Of a stretch of 64,000 nt of DNA, positions 12,866 to 27,404 are shown one piece after another. Position 1 is the first letter of the stretch; each line of letters starts with the position of its first letter. Below the pieces are notes generated by a model. That model had not been told where the DNA came from and ran no database searches. It saw only the letters and a program-made list of their open reading frames with translations. Source of the DNA: Eledone cirrhosa. Taxonomy: Eukaryota. A program made the position numbers and the translations under genes. The stretch is taken from contig OZ024743.1 in assembly GCA_964016885.1 (NCBI GenBank), positions 177,568,001 to 177,632,000 of the forward strand, read 5' to 3'.

Positions 12866-13387
12866 ACACTTATACGTTAATTCCACGAACAAGATTTTCC
12901 GTTGAACGAACAAATGGAAGACACATTGTCGAAACCAATAGAATTCTATTCCAGTTTAAATTTTGTTGTTGTTGTAGAATATGTATGGTATAAGATATTT
13001 CTTCAATGTGTGTCTGTAGCCATCTTTTATATAAATACTGTTGGGTATAAACCAGCGAGATTAATCTGTCTTTTGTTTTACTGGGAAAAGTTATTTTATT
13101 TTGCAAAGCTGTTTATACAAAAACAAAAGATACTATCAAAGGGGCCAACAACAACCACAAAAAAGAAGAAAAAGAAAAAAAAGAATCAAGCAATGAAAGA
13201 AAGGAAAAAAGAGAGGGACATATGCCACACCCCATTCCGAGCGGTGCCTCAGCCGCACTCCGAAGAGGATGGCCAGATGCACCCACTGCAATAGCCACCC
13301 ATCTCACAAGGTTCCCTCCTCAAGCGGGTCTATTGCCAATCAAATCTTTTTGGACGCTACGCGTATATTCATTATGTGTACCAAGTA

Positions 13388-13570
13388 GGGCGGTGGATTG
13401 GCTGTATCAATAGAGGCTCGGACGCCATGCTTTGCAGCATAGAGTTACGGCCCTTTATGATCTGAGTTCAAATCCCTCCGAGGTTAACTTTGCCTTTCAT
13501 CCTTACGGGATCGATAAAATAAAGTACCAGTCAAGCACTGGGGTCGATTTAATCGACTTTCCCCTCCCCA
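13388..13570 (+). mobile_element. SINE, same family
   Basis: Full head and core are present. Confidence 0.85.
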
Positions 13571-14565
13571 AAACATTATTTGTACCAAGTATTATTTGAG
13601 AATACTAATGCGATACTAATTATAAATATGCCACAAATAAGTTAATTATCTGCAAGAACACATATTTAGAGTTAATTAAAATATTCATTTTGAGTAAGCG
13701 AGAGATAAAATGAGAGAACATTATCAGGCAGAAACAAAGAGGTGTAGAAAATAGAGAATGTGTGAGCTTGCTGATGTACATTGAACTGGGTGACGGTGAA
13801 TAGTATTTTGCGTGAAGATGAAAGTTTGATCCGGACATTAAAGAATAGAATATTAGACGTGCTAAATTAGCTTTTGAAAATGTACTTGAAAATAGATTTT
13901 GCTAGTATTTTCGAACGTCTGTCAAATGCATCATTTAATCATTATATACATGCTGTATATATACAGCTGCCCCAAGCGACTCGGGTCTCTTCCCCTGACC
14001 CCACTGTCCCCGGACCTGCAAGTCAAGGATCGGCCTCCACAGCCACTTTCGTGCTCATGGTAGACGGGAACTAAAATAAAGATGTGGTAAGGTGTTTAAC
14101 TCGCAAAAATGGCCGTGAATTCAGGGAGGCATGTTGTGTCCATAAGTAACATACTTCATTTCATGCCGCTTCGATCTAATCAACTGGCAAGAATGAATTC
14201 AACATTCAATTCAAAAGGCCAGCGTTATCGTACACTGCGTCACAATGAATCTCCCTGAGAATTACGTTAAAGATACACGTGACTGTGGAATGCTCAGTTA
14301 CTAGTTACACATTAATATTACGAGCAGGTTGATCCATTGATCGAACAGCTGGAATACTCATCGTCGAAACTGACGGAGATTGAAACTATCAAGTCTGCTG
14401 CTGCTTAAAATTTCAACAACTCTCGTCTAGTCAATATAGCAATGATGCTAATGAATTAGATTATATATATATATATATATATATGTGTATATATATATGT
14501 ATGTATATATATATATATATAAATGTGCGCGTGTATATATATATATATATATATACACACACATT

Positions 14566-14603
<38 letters not shown>

Positions 14604-14702
14604 CGTGTGTACTAAAACAGATATTTATGAAGTACTGTGATCGGAAAAATCCTTTCACTGAGAATGTTGATGGTCAAAAGAGAAAGTATTAAATATTCAA
14701 TA

Positions 14703-15180
14703 TCTATATATTAATTTACACAACGTCAGTATTCCGTGGGTCATAATTCTCGATTATCATTAGTTCATAGGTTTCAAACGACTCCGCCCACCCCAACGAC
14801 GCCAAACTTAAATTAATACGCATAATGCCAATGAGGGAGTGAGAGGGGAGAGTAAGAAACAGAGAGGCAAAGTGAACGCTGTAACTATTACCATGTGTGC
14901 GTGTGTATGTACGTGCGCGTATGTTTATGTGTGTGTGCATGCGTGCAGCGTTCCACAGAAAGTAAAAACTATCAACATGTGTGAGTGCGTAAGTGTGTAT
15001 AAATGCACGGGTGCGTGTGTGCGTTTCCATGCGTGTATGTGTGTGTACGTGGGGCGTTCCACAATCGCCACGCAGTTTATCTGTCTGTGTGCCTGTCTGT
15101 CAGTCTAACATACACAGAGTTGTGAAGGGAGTAAATAGGGACCCTTTTTTTACATTGACGGACATCTTTTATATTTATTA
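14703..15180 (+). mobile_element. Helitron-like repeat, duplicated at about 15821-16220
   Basis: Starts A|TCTATATATTAATT; GTCAGTATTCCGTG..CATAGGTTTCAAACGAC..GAGAGGCAAAGTG is shared by both copies. Confidence 0.55.
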
Positions 15181-15253
15181 TTGTGTCAGTTTTTGACAAT
15201 TGCTCGAAATGAATACTGATAATAAGAGCAATTCGACTTTATCAAACAGTGAA

Positions 15254-15445
15254 CTACAGCGGCGACGGCGTGCGGCTAGGAATGAAGGAAAACGGGCCGA
15301 ACAGCGCCATCGGAACGCCGAACTTCAGAGGCGAAGACGTGCCGCCATGAATGAAGAGGAGCTGGCTGAATAACGCCAACGAAACATTGGATCCAAGCAG
15401 CGACGGCGTGCTGCGATGGTTGAAGACGAACTGGCTCAGCATCAT
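15254..15445 (+). pseudogene. 69-bp tandem repeat encoding 23-aa Arg/Glu-rich (STPR-like) units; probably a Helitron RepHel N-terminal fragment
   Basis: LQRRRRAARNEGKRAEQRHRNAE / LQRRRRAAMNEEELAE*RQRNIG / SKQRRRAAMVEDELAQH. Confidence 0.55.
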
Positions 15446-15460
15446 CTTTTATATTAATTA

Positions 15461-15819
15461 TCTATATCTATATCTACATATAATATAAAAGATTGGAACT
15501 TCCATCATCCTTTTGAGAAACGTGGAACAACCACGTCTATGCAATGATACACGTTTTACAGTCAGGCAGAAGATGAACCATCTCCTAGAGGTCACTATTC
15601 TAGGTGGGAGCACCTAGAATAGTTCATATACTATGCAGAAACGGTTCAACGAAGAATCTGGTATATATGGAAGATTTTTTTTACTGTTTTTTGTATCACA
15701 CGGACACCATGGACTCGCCTCATACCGTAACCAGACAAACATCCAATACAGTCATTTTCTCTTTTACCTGTCTTCCCTTATCATCTGTTTACCCGGGCGA
15801 AGCTGGGTACGTCAGCTAG
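15461..15819 (+). mobile_element. Non-autonomous Helitron, copy 1
   Basis: 5' TCTATATC, 3' hairpin CCCGGGCGAAGCTGGG then CTAG; inserted between A and T. Confidence 0.8.
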
Positions 15820-16590
15820 TGTATATATTAATTTCAACAATGTCAGTATTCCGTGTGTCATAATTCTGGATTATCATTGGTTCATAGGTTTCAAACGACC
15901 CTGCCCACCTCAACGACGCAAAACTTAAATTAATATGCATAATACCAATGAGGGAGTGATAGGGGAGAGTAAAAAACAGAGAGGCAAAGTGTTGTATACA
16001 CTATGTATATGTGTCAGTGTAGAGACATGTGTGTGTGTGATGTGTGTGGAAATAAGAGAGGAAGGAAAGCAATAACTATTAACATGTGTGCGTGTGTATG
16101 TACGTGCGCGTATGCTTATATGTGTGTGCGTGCAACGTTCCAGAGAAAGTAAAAACTATCAACGTGTGTGAGAGTGTGCGTGTGTGTAAGTGCACGGGTG
16201 CGTGTCTAAATTTGCGTGCGTCGGTTCTGATTGCAGTGGTAATAAAACCTCATCATATGCTGAGTCTGGTAAAAAGGTTGGATCCTATGGCCGGCCAGGG
16301 CTAGAGTAATATTAAAAAACGATTCTATTTTCGAAGTAGAAGAATCCGCCATCAGGCCACCTCCCCGAGTTGAACTCTGGGCAACATTGACTGTCTATTA
16401 CTCAGTGGCTAAGAGCCTGGAAATTACTGAATACATTTTTGTTGTTTTATTATTATGTTGTTTTATTATTATAGCTGACCACTTATAGATAAGCATGTTA
16501 TCCATATCCATATTAATTTGGCATTTGTATAAACCATTTCAAGTAAATAGTGACCTTTTTTACATTGACGGACACCTTTTATATTAATTA

Positions 16591-16945
16591 TCTATATCTA
16601 CATATAATATAAAAGATTGGAACCTCCATCATCCTTTTGATAAACGTGGAACAACCACGTCTATGCAATGATACACGTTTTATAGTCAGGCAGAAGATAA
16701 ACCATCTCCTAGAGGTCACTATTCTAGGTAGGAGCACCTAGACTTGTTCATATACTATGCACAAACGGTACATCGAAGAATCTAGTATATCTGGAAGATT
16801 TTTTTTACTGTTTTTTTGTATCACACGGACACCACGGACTCGCCTCATACTGTAACCAGACAAACATCCAATACAGTCATTTTCTCTTTTACCTGTCTTC
16901 TCTTATCATTTGTTTTGCCCGGGCGAAGCTGGGTACGTCAGCTAG
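16591..16945 (+). mobile_element. Non-autonomous Helitron, copy 2
   Basis: Near-identical to 15461-15819 with the same TC...CTAG ends. Confidence 0.8.
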
Positions 16946-18226
16946 TATAAGGTAATACGAACAATCAAGTAAAAATTTGAAATAATTCTAAGGTTAAATA
17001 TCGCAGATAGTAGCTATAATGTCAAACAAAACTTTATAAAATCACATGTCTTTATATACATTATACCACTAGATATATTTGGTTTGTGTATATTTGTTGT
17101 GTACGGGCAGTGGGATTATTCTGATAGTAGTGCAATCTGCTATACGTCTTCAAGTCAGTAAACGTATATATGATATCTATGAACAAGACTAGAGTTTCCT
17201 TTACATTACATTAACACTAATATGTCTTCTGTATGACCTACAGAAACTGAATCTAGACATCATACTTGATATCACAAGAGAGCTGTGGTTAAAATAGTAA
17301 AGGAAAGCAACTAGATATTTATGTTATTCTTATGAAGACCAGACACAGAAATTGTATTGAAGGCTTCTCATTTGTACGAGATGTGCTTATACATATGAAA
17401 TAACATTAAGAGAAGCTAACGGAACGTTTTGCCGAGAGAAATTTAATACCATCCTCTAAATTTTACATAGTCTTTTGACCTCCTCTATATTATATATTAG
17501 TTCTATTCTCCTGCCAATTATTCAATATCATTTTCATCTCCGTCCTCCTCCTCCTACTACTACTAATATCACCTCCACCTCTACCACGGTGACGACCACC
17601 ACAACCACCACTAGTAAAACCACCAACGCCACCACTACATAATTTCCCATATTTCTCCATTTCTTTTATTCTAGTTGTCTTTCATTATATTCAGTATAAT
17701 AGATATTCCACATATAAATTTGTTCTCCAGTGCTTTTCATGCAGAGGTCGCCTCACGGATGTCCATTATAAACACTGGCACACCAATCTATAAATCAAAT
17801 TGTCATCGATCTTCTTATTATTATTGATTTCTAATTTATGCACAAGGCCAGAAAATCTGGGCGAAGGCCGAAGTTGATTAAATTAACCCCAGTTTTTGAC
17901 TGATCAGTGCACGTGACATAGTGGTAAGGGTGTTGGACTTATGATAATAATATCGTTGGTTTGATTCCTAGACCGAGTTGTGTGTGGTGTTATTGAAAAT
18001 GAGTACCAGCAATAGCTAGGGATTTAATCCTGTGATGGACAGTAGAAACTGGGCTCGATTTAATCGAATTTCCCCTCCCACCAAATCATCGAGTTTGTGC
18101 CTAAATCAAAAACCACTTTTAAAACATCAATCTCAATCCTTTCATTCAAACCATATAACTTTGTCTTCCCCCTTAGTCATGCATCTTCACATTATTAACA
18201 CATTATATAAAAACAAACCACTCTTA

Positions 18227-18463
<237 letters not shown>

Positions 18464-19709
18464 TCATAGAATTATGTCCATGATAATATTAACGATAATA
18501 ATTAAGACGATTAGGATAATAATTGTGTAGGATGAAATTATCTATATTCAGTTTCGGAATAATCTATTTCTATTGAACCGAATTGAAATCACAGCTTTCC
18601 GGCCCAATAAGGGGCAGAGATATCAAAATATATAGCGGATTTTATCTCTTAACCACTCGTGTGTGATTTGCGGGAACATTTACATTTGCGTGGAAGTCAA
18701 CTGAATATGAGTGGGTTTCAATGCTAGTAGTCACAGTATGATTAAAAAACATGTTTTAAATGTACTCCAGCCTCGGCCTTGTCTGCATTTTTAACCATTT
18801 CTCCTGTGACTTCTGCTCCTCTGATTTGACTTGTGTTATGATATCTCTTAGTAACTCTTCAATCATATCATTTCTCCTTTCATCATACATATCGTGATCA
18901 CTTCTAGACACCCAGTTAGTATTGCATTTAGTCTTGCCTATTTAGAATATTGTGTCATTAGAATTCCTTCATTTCACATCTTTGTTGTTTTTTTTTCATG
19001 ACAATCATCTATTTGAAGTTTTTCAAGAGAATTAATAACTCTTTTATCTTAAAAGTCTCAGAAGTACTGCGAATGAAATGTGCACAGCCATTTTCTCCAG
19101 ATTAAACGAAAAAAAAGACAAAACATATTAGCTTGCATGATTGAGAACAAGTTTTTTCTAAATCTATTCAAATCGAAGTCCTGCTTTATCTAGGCTGAAG
19201 ATATTTCCTCAAACTATAATTATGGTCTAAGTTATAATTCTATTCGAAACTTAATTGTAATTTGAATTGGTGTTAATTAGTGAAAATATCTAGAACATTT
19301 TGAATTTATAATTTAAATTTAAAATAAAATAAATCTCAATCATACAAGGTAATGTGACATTTTCTTCTTTATTTTGTTTGGAATGGAGAAAACGTCAGTA
19401 CCCACTTCATTGTCCAGGATCCTAATGGCAATCACCGTTGTGTCCTATTAACGCTACTATCGGTGAGAATTAAATTCAGATCAAAAGAACCGAAACATCT
19501 CGTCAGATATTATAACAATTCCGTTAATCCACCAACTGGGGCTGGTATTTTTTTTTCCATTATTTCTGCGAGAAGGAAAAGCAAATTTGATTTAGTACGA
19601 TCTGAAATCAGAAAACTGAGAACCAGAATAAATACCGCCAGGCATTCTCTCTGGAACACTAAATACTCAGCCAACCACTAATTTAATATTACTATTATAA
19701 TTGTAAGAG

Positions 19710-20195
19710 TGGTGTATTTACAGAACGGTAGAGCGTTGGACAACACGCTTTGCGGCTAAGAATTGCGGTCTTTTACGTCTGAGTTCACATCTCACTGAGA
19801 TTAGGTTGGCCTTTCAATCCTACGAGGTCGACTAAATAAAGCACTAGTAACATACTGCAGTTGATTTAATTGACTTTCCCCTCCACCATAATTGCTGGTC
19901 TAGTGCCTAAAGTAGAAATTATTACTATTATAATTGTAATTATTATTTCAAATTAAAAATAAAACGGAAAGTAGACACCACTATAAAATAGAACCCATTA
20001 AAGCTACCATAATCCTTAGAGCATTGAGGTATATGTTCCAGCACGTTATATCCTCAGTTCAAATCCTGGTGAAGTTAATTTTACCATTCATCCTTCTGGA
20101 GTAGATAAAATAAAGTACCAGAGAAGTACTGGGGTCGTCATAGCCAGCTTTCCCTTCTCCCTCAAAATTACTGGCCTTGTGCCTAACATAGGAAA
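19710..20195 (+). mobile_element. Two SINE copies (about 19710-19920 and 20030-20195)
   Basis: Core CCTTTCA(A)TCCT..GTCGACTAAATAAAGCAC and CATCCTTCTGGAGTAGATAAAATAAAGTACCAG. Confidence 0.7.
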
Positions 20196-20249
20196 CCATT
20201 CATAAAATAAATAAATAAATACGTATTACGATCTGAAAATAAATAAATG

Positions 20250-20445
20250 TGTCAGGTCACTCACGAGGACTACTGGTAACATGTAACCAAGTACAGCCTG
20301 TTGCATGGTCGGGTCGACAGCGACCAAACCGGCAACCCTATCAAGCTTGCTTGGGAGGAGGGTGATATTTGGACAATCCGCGGGATGAATAACAAAACCT
20401 GCCAAAGGGCCGAGGAACTCAAGAAAACCAATGGCCATCCAATAA
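20250..20445 (-). repeat. Unclassified dispersed repeat of about 190 bp (other copies 26982-27153 + and 30921-31115 +)
   Basis: Shared TTGGATG(G/C)CCRTTG...AAGCTTG..G..GTTGCC.GTTT.GTCGC...CGAC.ATG...GTACT..GTTACATGTTACC.GTAG. Confidence 0.8.
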
Positions 20446-20592
20446 AGTATGTAAATATATATATATATATTTTCTGAATATATTTTATGTCTAAATAAAA
20501 TTCTTCTCGTATTGAGGGTGAAGCTGGGCAAATAAATATATAAATATACATAAATCAGAGAAGAAAAGGAATATACGCAATATTATACCTAC

Positions 20593-20725
20593 TGGTTTTG
20601 GTCGGCATTCGAAGAGAAACTCCTTTAAACTTCCTCCTTCAAGGAGCTCTAGAATTATGTAATGTGGTCGAACATTATCAAAGCAAACACCCAAGAACTT
20701 TACAATATTGGGATGTTCAAACTTA
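20593..20725 (-). CDS. ALK: ALK/LTK-like kinase exon: (S)KFEHPNIVKFLGVCFDNVRPHYIILELLEGGSLKEFLFECRPKP
   Basis: 133 nt, ttcag acceptor and gtagg donor, phase 2/0. Human ALK exon 23 is 130 nt (one codon shorter). Confidence 0.92.
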
Positions 20726-20809
20726 CTGAAAATAAATAAAAAGAGAAGAACTTGTATGTAGATACCTGTGTGTGAATACATAAATGTGTGTGTGAGTATG
20801 TGAATATGA

Positions 20810-20882
<73 letters not shown>

Positions 20883-21339
20883 CAAATGAATCTCATTAGG
20901 GCTAAATACTGCGGTTACTCTGGAAATGTTCATCTGTTTATCATGAGACCCTGTGATGAACAAGTCTCACTAATCAGCTATAATAAAATGAATATCAAAA
21001 CTGTACATCACGATTTAGTACTATTTTCTCTCAGGCATCAACCACATACGGATATACATACATGGATATATATATTATTTATACCATATACATAACTATT
21101 TATAGTTATGTATATAGTATAAATAACTATAAACAGGAAGGTCAGTAATTTCTTAATTACCTTATTACCAGTAAGAGAAATATCTCAATGTATCAACATC
21201 AGTTGTTTTATAGAGCAGGAAAATAAATTATACAATTATCAAAGTTGTATTCAAATCATTTAATAGCTGACAATCGTTTCTTCCAAACTCTCTTTGGAGT
21301 CATCGGAGCATTATCAATGTTTGCACATATAATTAACCT

Positions 21340-21431
<92 letters not shown>

Positions 21432-21710
21432 AGAGAGGCTGACAGTCTGTTTCACGCTGGTTGGCGTTAAAAAGTAAGTGACATAGTCACTACTCTAAAA
21501 CTGATAGCGTATGGTCTTCTTGAAGTCTTTAATTAAACATACGGTATATTGCCATATATATTATACAGACAGAGAGAGAGAGAAATAGGATTTTGCCTCA
21601 ACCATAGCTTATAGAGATATGTTAGCCCCGGTGTTTGCATAACTACGGCTTCCTAAATGGTTCCTGTAAACATACCGTGTTTCTTTAGAAATACGAGATT
21701 TCTATACATG

Positions 21711-21825
<115 letters not shown>

Positions 21826-21915
21826 TAAGTGATTCGTAGGGAATGTAAATGAAGGGAGTGCTCTATGTAGGATAAAGAGCTATTTACTTATCTAATAAAC
21901 TATATCAGACATTTA

Positions 21916-21988
21916 TTTCATTTACCAAAGGTTTCACGAATACAGACGAGCTTGACACAGACGTTTGAAATCGTTCGTCAGAATGAAA
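21916..21988 (-). ncRNA. Type I hammerhead ribozyme motif
   Basis: Minus strand reads TTTCATT CTGACGA ACGA..TCGT GAAA CC TTT GG TA AATGAAA. Perfect 7-bp stem I, GUA site, AATAAA overlapping the 3' end. Confidence 0.85.
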
Positions 21989-22288
21989 ATTTATTTAAAA
22001 CGGATGTGGGATACGTATTTCAAAACAAAGTCTACAAAATTGAAAGCGAGGCTCAAATAATATAAGATTACGGACGTAATGTAAAGGGGAAAATAATAAA
22101 TGTATATGTATATATATATAAATACACACATACATATATAAAAATATACCCACGCATATACTTATACTCACACACTTAAACATACGTATATGTACAAATA
22201 CATATATATACAAACACATATATATATACATACATACACACGTACATTTACACATGCATATACAAACGTACACATACACATACACATA

Positions 22289-22410
<122 letters not shown>

Positions 22411-22652
22411 AATATATATATATATACATATACATACACGCACCCATATATATATATATACATACATGTACACATGCACACATATATATATGTACGTATT
22501 GGTTTACCGAACATTTATTATTATGATCGGTTCCATTTATCGGTACACCCGGCCGACTAACTCACCCGATATGCAAATTAGGCTGCTCAGCCGTTAATAT
22601 GCATCAGGAAAGTATATACTTTCAAACGTTCAATCGACTCACAGGAAGGTAT

Positions 22653-22695
22653 ACGGTGCTGATGACAGCTAATAAGCTAGAAACTAGTTCATCGT
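22653..22695 (+). ncRNA. Minimal type I hammerhead motif (PLE type)
   Basis: ACGGTG CTGATGA c AGCT aata AGCT a GAAA C TA G TT CATCGT; stem III reduced to a palindromic CTAG. Confidence 0.75.
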
Positions 22696-22949
22696 TACTT
22701 TGTCAGTGTTGAAAAAAAGGGCAACGATGGTTGCCGAACACTGTATTGTTAATAATAACAAACCAAGCATTATAATAAATGATCGGTAAACCCACACGTA
22801 CATATAAATATGTGTGCATGTATGAATGTATATACATACTACTGTACGTCTGTGTATATATGTATGTACGTATACATACTTGTATATATATATATATTAT
22901 TATCAAATAACAGGAGGCTGGACTGGTGTAATTCCCTGAAAGGTTTATT

Positions 22950-23007
22950 ATACTGTGATCATTTCAATGACCGGGTTCAGTATGAATCCGGTGACATCAT
23001 CAGGTAT
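22950..23007 (-). ncRNA. Hammerhead-like motif, variant or decayed at position 16.1
   Basis: Minus strand reads ATAC CTGATGA tgtc ACCGGATTCA tac TGAACCCGGT catt GAAA T GATC A CA GTAT AATAAA. Confidence 0.6.
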
Positions 23008-24680
23008 TCAAAATATAACAAAGGAATATAATAGACAAAATCCATGGGGCTGAAAATCAGAGACATGAGTGCTACCGAATATTTAGCAGCTTCGACCTCC
23101 GACAGACCTCTTAGATTCTTAAAAAAAATCTACGTATTCTACTTTCACATGTATTATATTGACTGAATTCTCTATCCTATACTTCAGGGCCTTTGGGATT
23201 CACATTGATACCATTCCAACTCTTCCATCCTCTATAACTATATGTATAACCTTGTATTCTCCAACTGCATCTTGATCTATATTTTATTTCCCCTTTATTT
23301 TGATTTCTTCGATATGTTCTTATATACTTCCTTTTTACTCCCTACATCACCACCCTAGTTATGACTGCATTTTATTTATGTACTTATTTACTCGCTTTAC
23401 TCTCATTATATTCTTATCATTGTACTCATTAGCACACGACCCTAGAATATTACTCTCTGTACCCTTATATCTGTTTGTCTTTATTCACTCCCCCTACCCA
23501 CACAAGAATCACACTACATATAACCCGGGCGAACTGGGGAGTAAATATAGTCTATTTACACATTTCATCAGATTTTACCACTTTCAACTTCACATCACGG
23601 GTGTGAAAAATTAGTAATCGTTTGGTACATGCGATGATCCCACGGATGTGGCGGCTTTCCCGACTGCACGCCATCGCTCGGTTCGATCAGCCTTCCTTGA
23701 TGCTTGGAAAAATAAATTTCCCCTTCTTTCGGTAAACCAAATTACTCGGAACGGCTGCTTCAATCTGGGACCCTGTCAGACTTGGAACCCGCCGCGCCAC
23801 CGGTTTTGACCGCCAGATAGTTCCTTTAAATTCTAGGCTTAATCATAATTATTAACTTTATCATGCATCCTTCTACTATCACTTAATTAAATCCCCCCAA
23901 GATTCCATACTCGATTGATTGGTCTATTTTAGACTACTCAAAAGAATACATGACAAGCACACAGAAATGATCTTTGTGCATAACCGAAAAGTACAGAATA
24001 CTGCAAAATCTGAAAACTCCTACTACTTGCCTCAATTCTAAAACTGAGATCTTCAGAAGTTGTCCACACTTGAAATCGCATCTCCTTTCCAGCTGGTGTA
24101 ATATGTCTACGAACACTCAACAATCCTGTTATTGCTTTATTTTCATCTCTGTCCCTGCATGCGTTTGTGTGTATACGTCTTCTGTTTGGTGGCTGTGTTC
24201 GTGTCTGAGTCTATGTGTGTTTATATTCTATCTTTGTTCACTAGTGTGTGTTTATATGTGTTTGTTGTTATTGTACTTGTGTATCTATTTATTTATTTTT
24301 CCCTTAGGTTAATATTGTGTGTTTGGGTATGGTTGTTGTTTGTTATTCCATTCATTTTTTCTGTTCAACTTTGGTTTTCTTAGTTCTATTTTAGTTACTT
24401 TTCTGATTCGTCTACCTGTTGGGTTATTTCTATGTTTCGATATTATTTTAATTTCTATGTTGTCTATATTACCACCATGTCCTTGTCTGGCGTGTTCATA
24501 TAGTACCGAACCGTCTTTTTGTCCTAATATATATATATATTTGCTTCACTGTTTTTCCAATACTTTAACCATATGATGTTTTCGCATATGGAATATTAAA
24601 GAATATGTTTAGAATGTTTCTTAGAAATGAACACATATAATTCCATTATTTCATCAAAGGCAATATTAATATTATCTCAC

Positions 24681-24745
24681 CTCATAATGACTGCTTCCAT
24701 CACGAAGTCGATTTCAAGTTCTTCCGTATAAATGGCTGGCAATGT
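24681..24745 (-). CDS. ALK: ALK/LTK-like kinase exon (alphaC helix): TLPAIYTEELEIDFVMEAVIM(S)
   Basis: 65 nt, aatag acceptor and gtgag donor, phase 0/2. Matches human ALK exon 22. Confidence 0.93.
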
Positions 24746-25129
24746 CTATTGAAGAAAAACATCTTATTTGTGTAGAAAAAATATCAAATAATTATACTTT
24801 ATAACCAAGATGAACATTTATCAATGTTTACAACAGTGAAATTCTGCAGAAACGGGCTTTATCTTTCAGCTTTTAGCGCATGAAATTCATTTAACATTAA
24901 CATAATATTCTGGGGTTTTGGTAATCAAAACAAAACCAGTTTCGTTTTTTCCCAGAAATAGGCTAATTTATGTATATACTCTAGGATCTGACATATGTAA
25001 TATGTGAATTTTTATCTACTGGGATTACCCAAGTAAATAGTAAAACAAGACATCCTTTAGAGCTGTTTCAAATTTGCAAAAAAGCAAGAGAATCATATGA
25101 GAACAATCTATTCTAATTTGTAATTATTC

Positions 25130-25292
25130 GGTAGAGGGTCGGGCGGCATGCTTTGCAGCATAATTATGGCCCTTTACGATCTGAGTTCAAATCCCGCCGG
25201 GGTTAACTTTGCCTTTCATCCTTACGGGGTCGGTAAAATAAAGTACCAGTAATGCACTAGGATAATTGCTGGCCTTGTGCCAAAAGTAGAAA
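25130..25292 (+). mobile_element. SINE, same family
   Basis: GAGTTCAAATCCCGCCGGGGTTAACTTTGCCTTTCATCCTTACGGGGTCGGTAAAATAAAGTACCAG. Confidence 0.85.
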
Positions 25293-25436
25293 CAATTATA
25301 TTGTCCAAATCCTTTGATCAACTGATCTTATTGGTGGTAATTTCCTTGCTCATTGTTTATGAGCTTTAATCACGCCTCTCTCTCTCCCTTTCTCCATCTC
25401 TCTCTCTCACTCTCACTCTCTCTTCTCTCTCACTCT

Positions 25437-25593
<157 letters not shown>

Positions 25594-25660
25594 AATGAAA
25601 AGTATAGAAATTGTTATAGCGAGAAGCTAACAGTATTCCATAATATATATAAACACAAAG

Positions 25661-25703
<43 letters not shown>

Positions 25704-25790
25704 CACACACATATACATATATACACACATATATAGGTATACACACACAAACACACACACATATATACACATACATAGTTATATAAGCTC

Positions 25791-25830
<40 letters not shown>

Positions 25831-26105
25831 ATGTATCAGTTAGGTGTGTTCTATTTACACTATACTATATAAATACAGACACTCACTCACATATAGATAC
25901 ATGTTAAATAGTTCGGAAAACTAAGAAAACGTGATGTAGAATCTCTTTCAATCAGATTCATACATTCCTGTTGAATAAAATATACAATGTTTTGATTTTT
26001 AGAAAGTCTTTAACGTTGATTTAAAAAAATTCCTTAACTTTTCAATATTGTCAATATGTCATAAACGTATTTCATTCTCTCTCTCGCTCTATCTCTCTCC
26101 CTCTC

Positions 26106-26217
<112 letters not shown>

Positions 26218-26287
26218 ACACACACACACTCCCTCTCTGTAGATATATATATATGTATGTGTGTGTGTGTGTGTGTGTATGTGAGTC

Positions 26288-26320
<33 letters not shown>

Positions 26321-26326
26321 GTATGC

Positions 26327-26387
<61 letters not shown>

Positions 26388-26560
26388 AAGTAATTCCGTC
26401 GGAAAAGTCCAGGAAAAAAGAGTGCTCTATGTAGGTAACTTATGTTGTTTATTACATAACTATATATATATATATACATATTTTTATATTTTTATATATA
26501 TATACATATATGTATGTGTGTCTATCTATTTATACACATACACACACACACACACACACA

Positions 26561-26655
<95 letters not shown>

Positions 26656-27151
26656 TGCAAACTCTGCTAAGAGTATTGCAATCGCTTGTCATATTACAAA
26701 AACTGGTGCACTTTTAGGCTACGCCCAGCCACACGAACCTGTAACAGATCCTGAAAAGGCAATGCCTGTGCTTTGAAGATTTCTTGAAGTGGGGAAAGGC
26801 CTTGCACTCGACCAATCCCCCTCTGTGAGCATCGAAAACACTAACCGAAAAAGAGAACTGGTCAACAACATTAGATGCTTGCGAAGTCGCAGGTTTTTTT
26901 TTCAGAGTATCCCTTTCTTAGAAAGGTGTGACAACAAATGGAGGCCTTTCACTCCCAGATAAAAAAAAATGATAAGTATTATTTGGATGGCCGTTGACTC
27001 TGACGGGTCTTGATTTCATCCTGCAGGCTGTTCAAATATCACTCTCCTCACCAATCAAGCTTGGTGGTGTTGCCTGTTTCGTCGCCCACGACCCGACGAT
27101 GAGAGATGTTGTACTGAGTTACATGTTACCCGTAGCTCTCGAGAGCGTCCT

Positions 27152-27225
<74 letters not shown>

Positions 27226-27404
27226 TATATATATATATATAAATACAAAGTATAATTGTTTCTACTTTTGGCACAAGGCCAGCAAATACCCAGTGTATTA
27301 CTGGTACTTTATTTTATCGACCCCATAAGAATGAAAGGCAAAGTTAACCTCGGCACAAAATATAATGATGACTATTGCAACTCATGATTTCAGATAAGAA
27401 ATCT

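Noticed and set aside
21435-21530. 3' half of an HHR (AGCGT GAAA CAGACTG TC) on minus; similar half-motif near 5290-5340
   Set aside because: No recognisable CUGANGA core.
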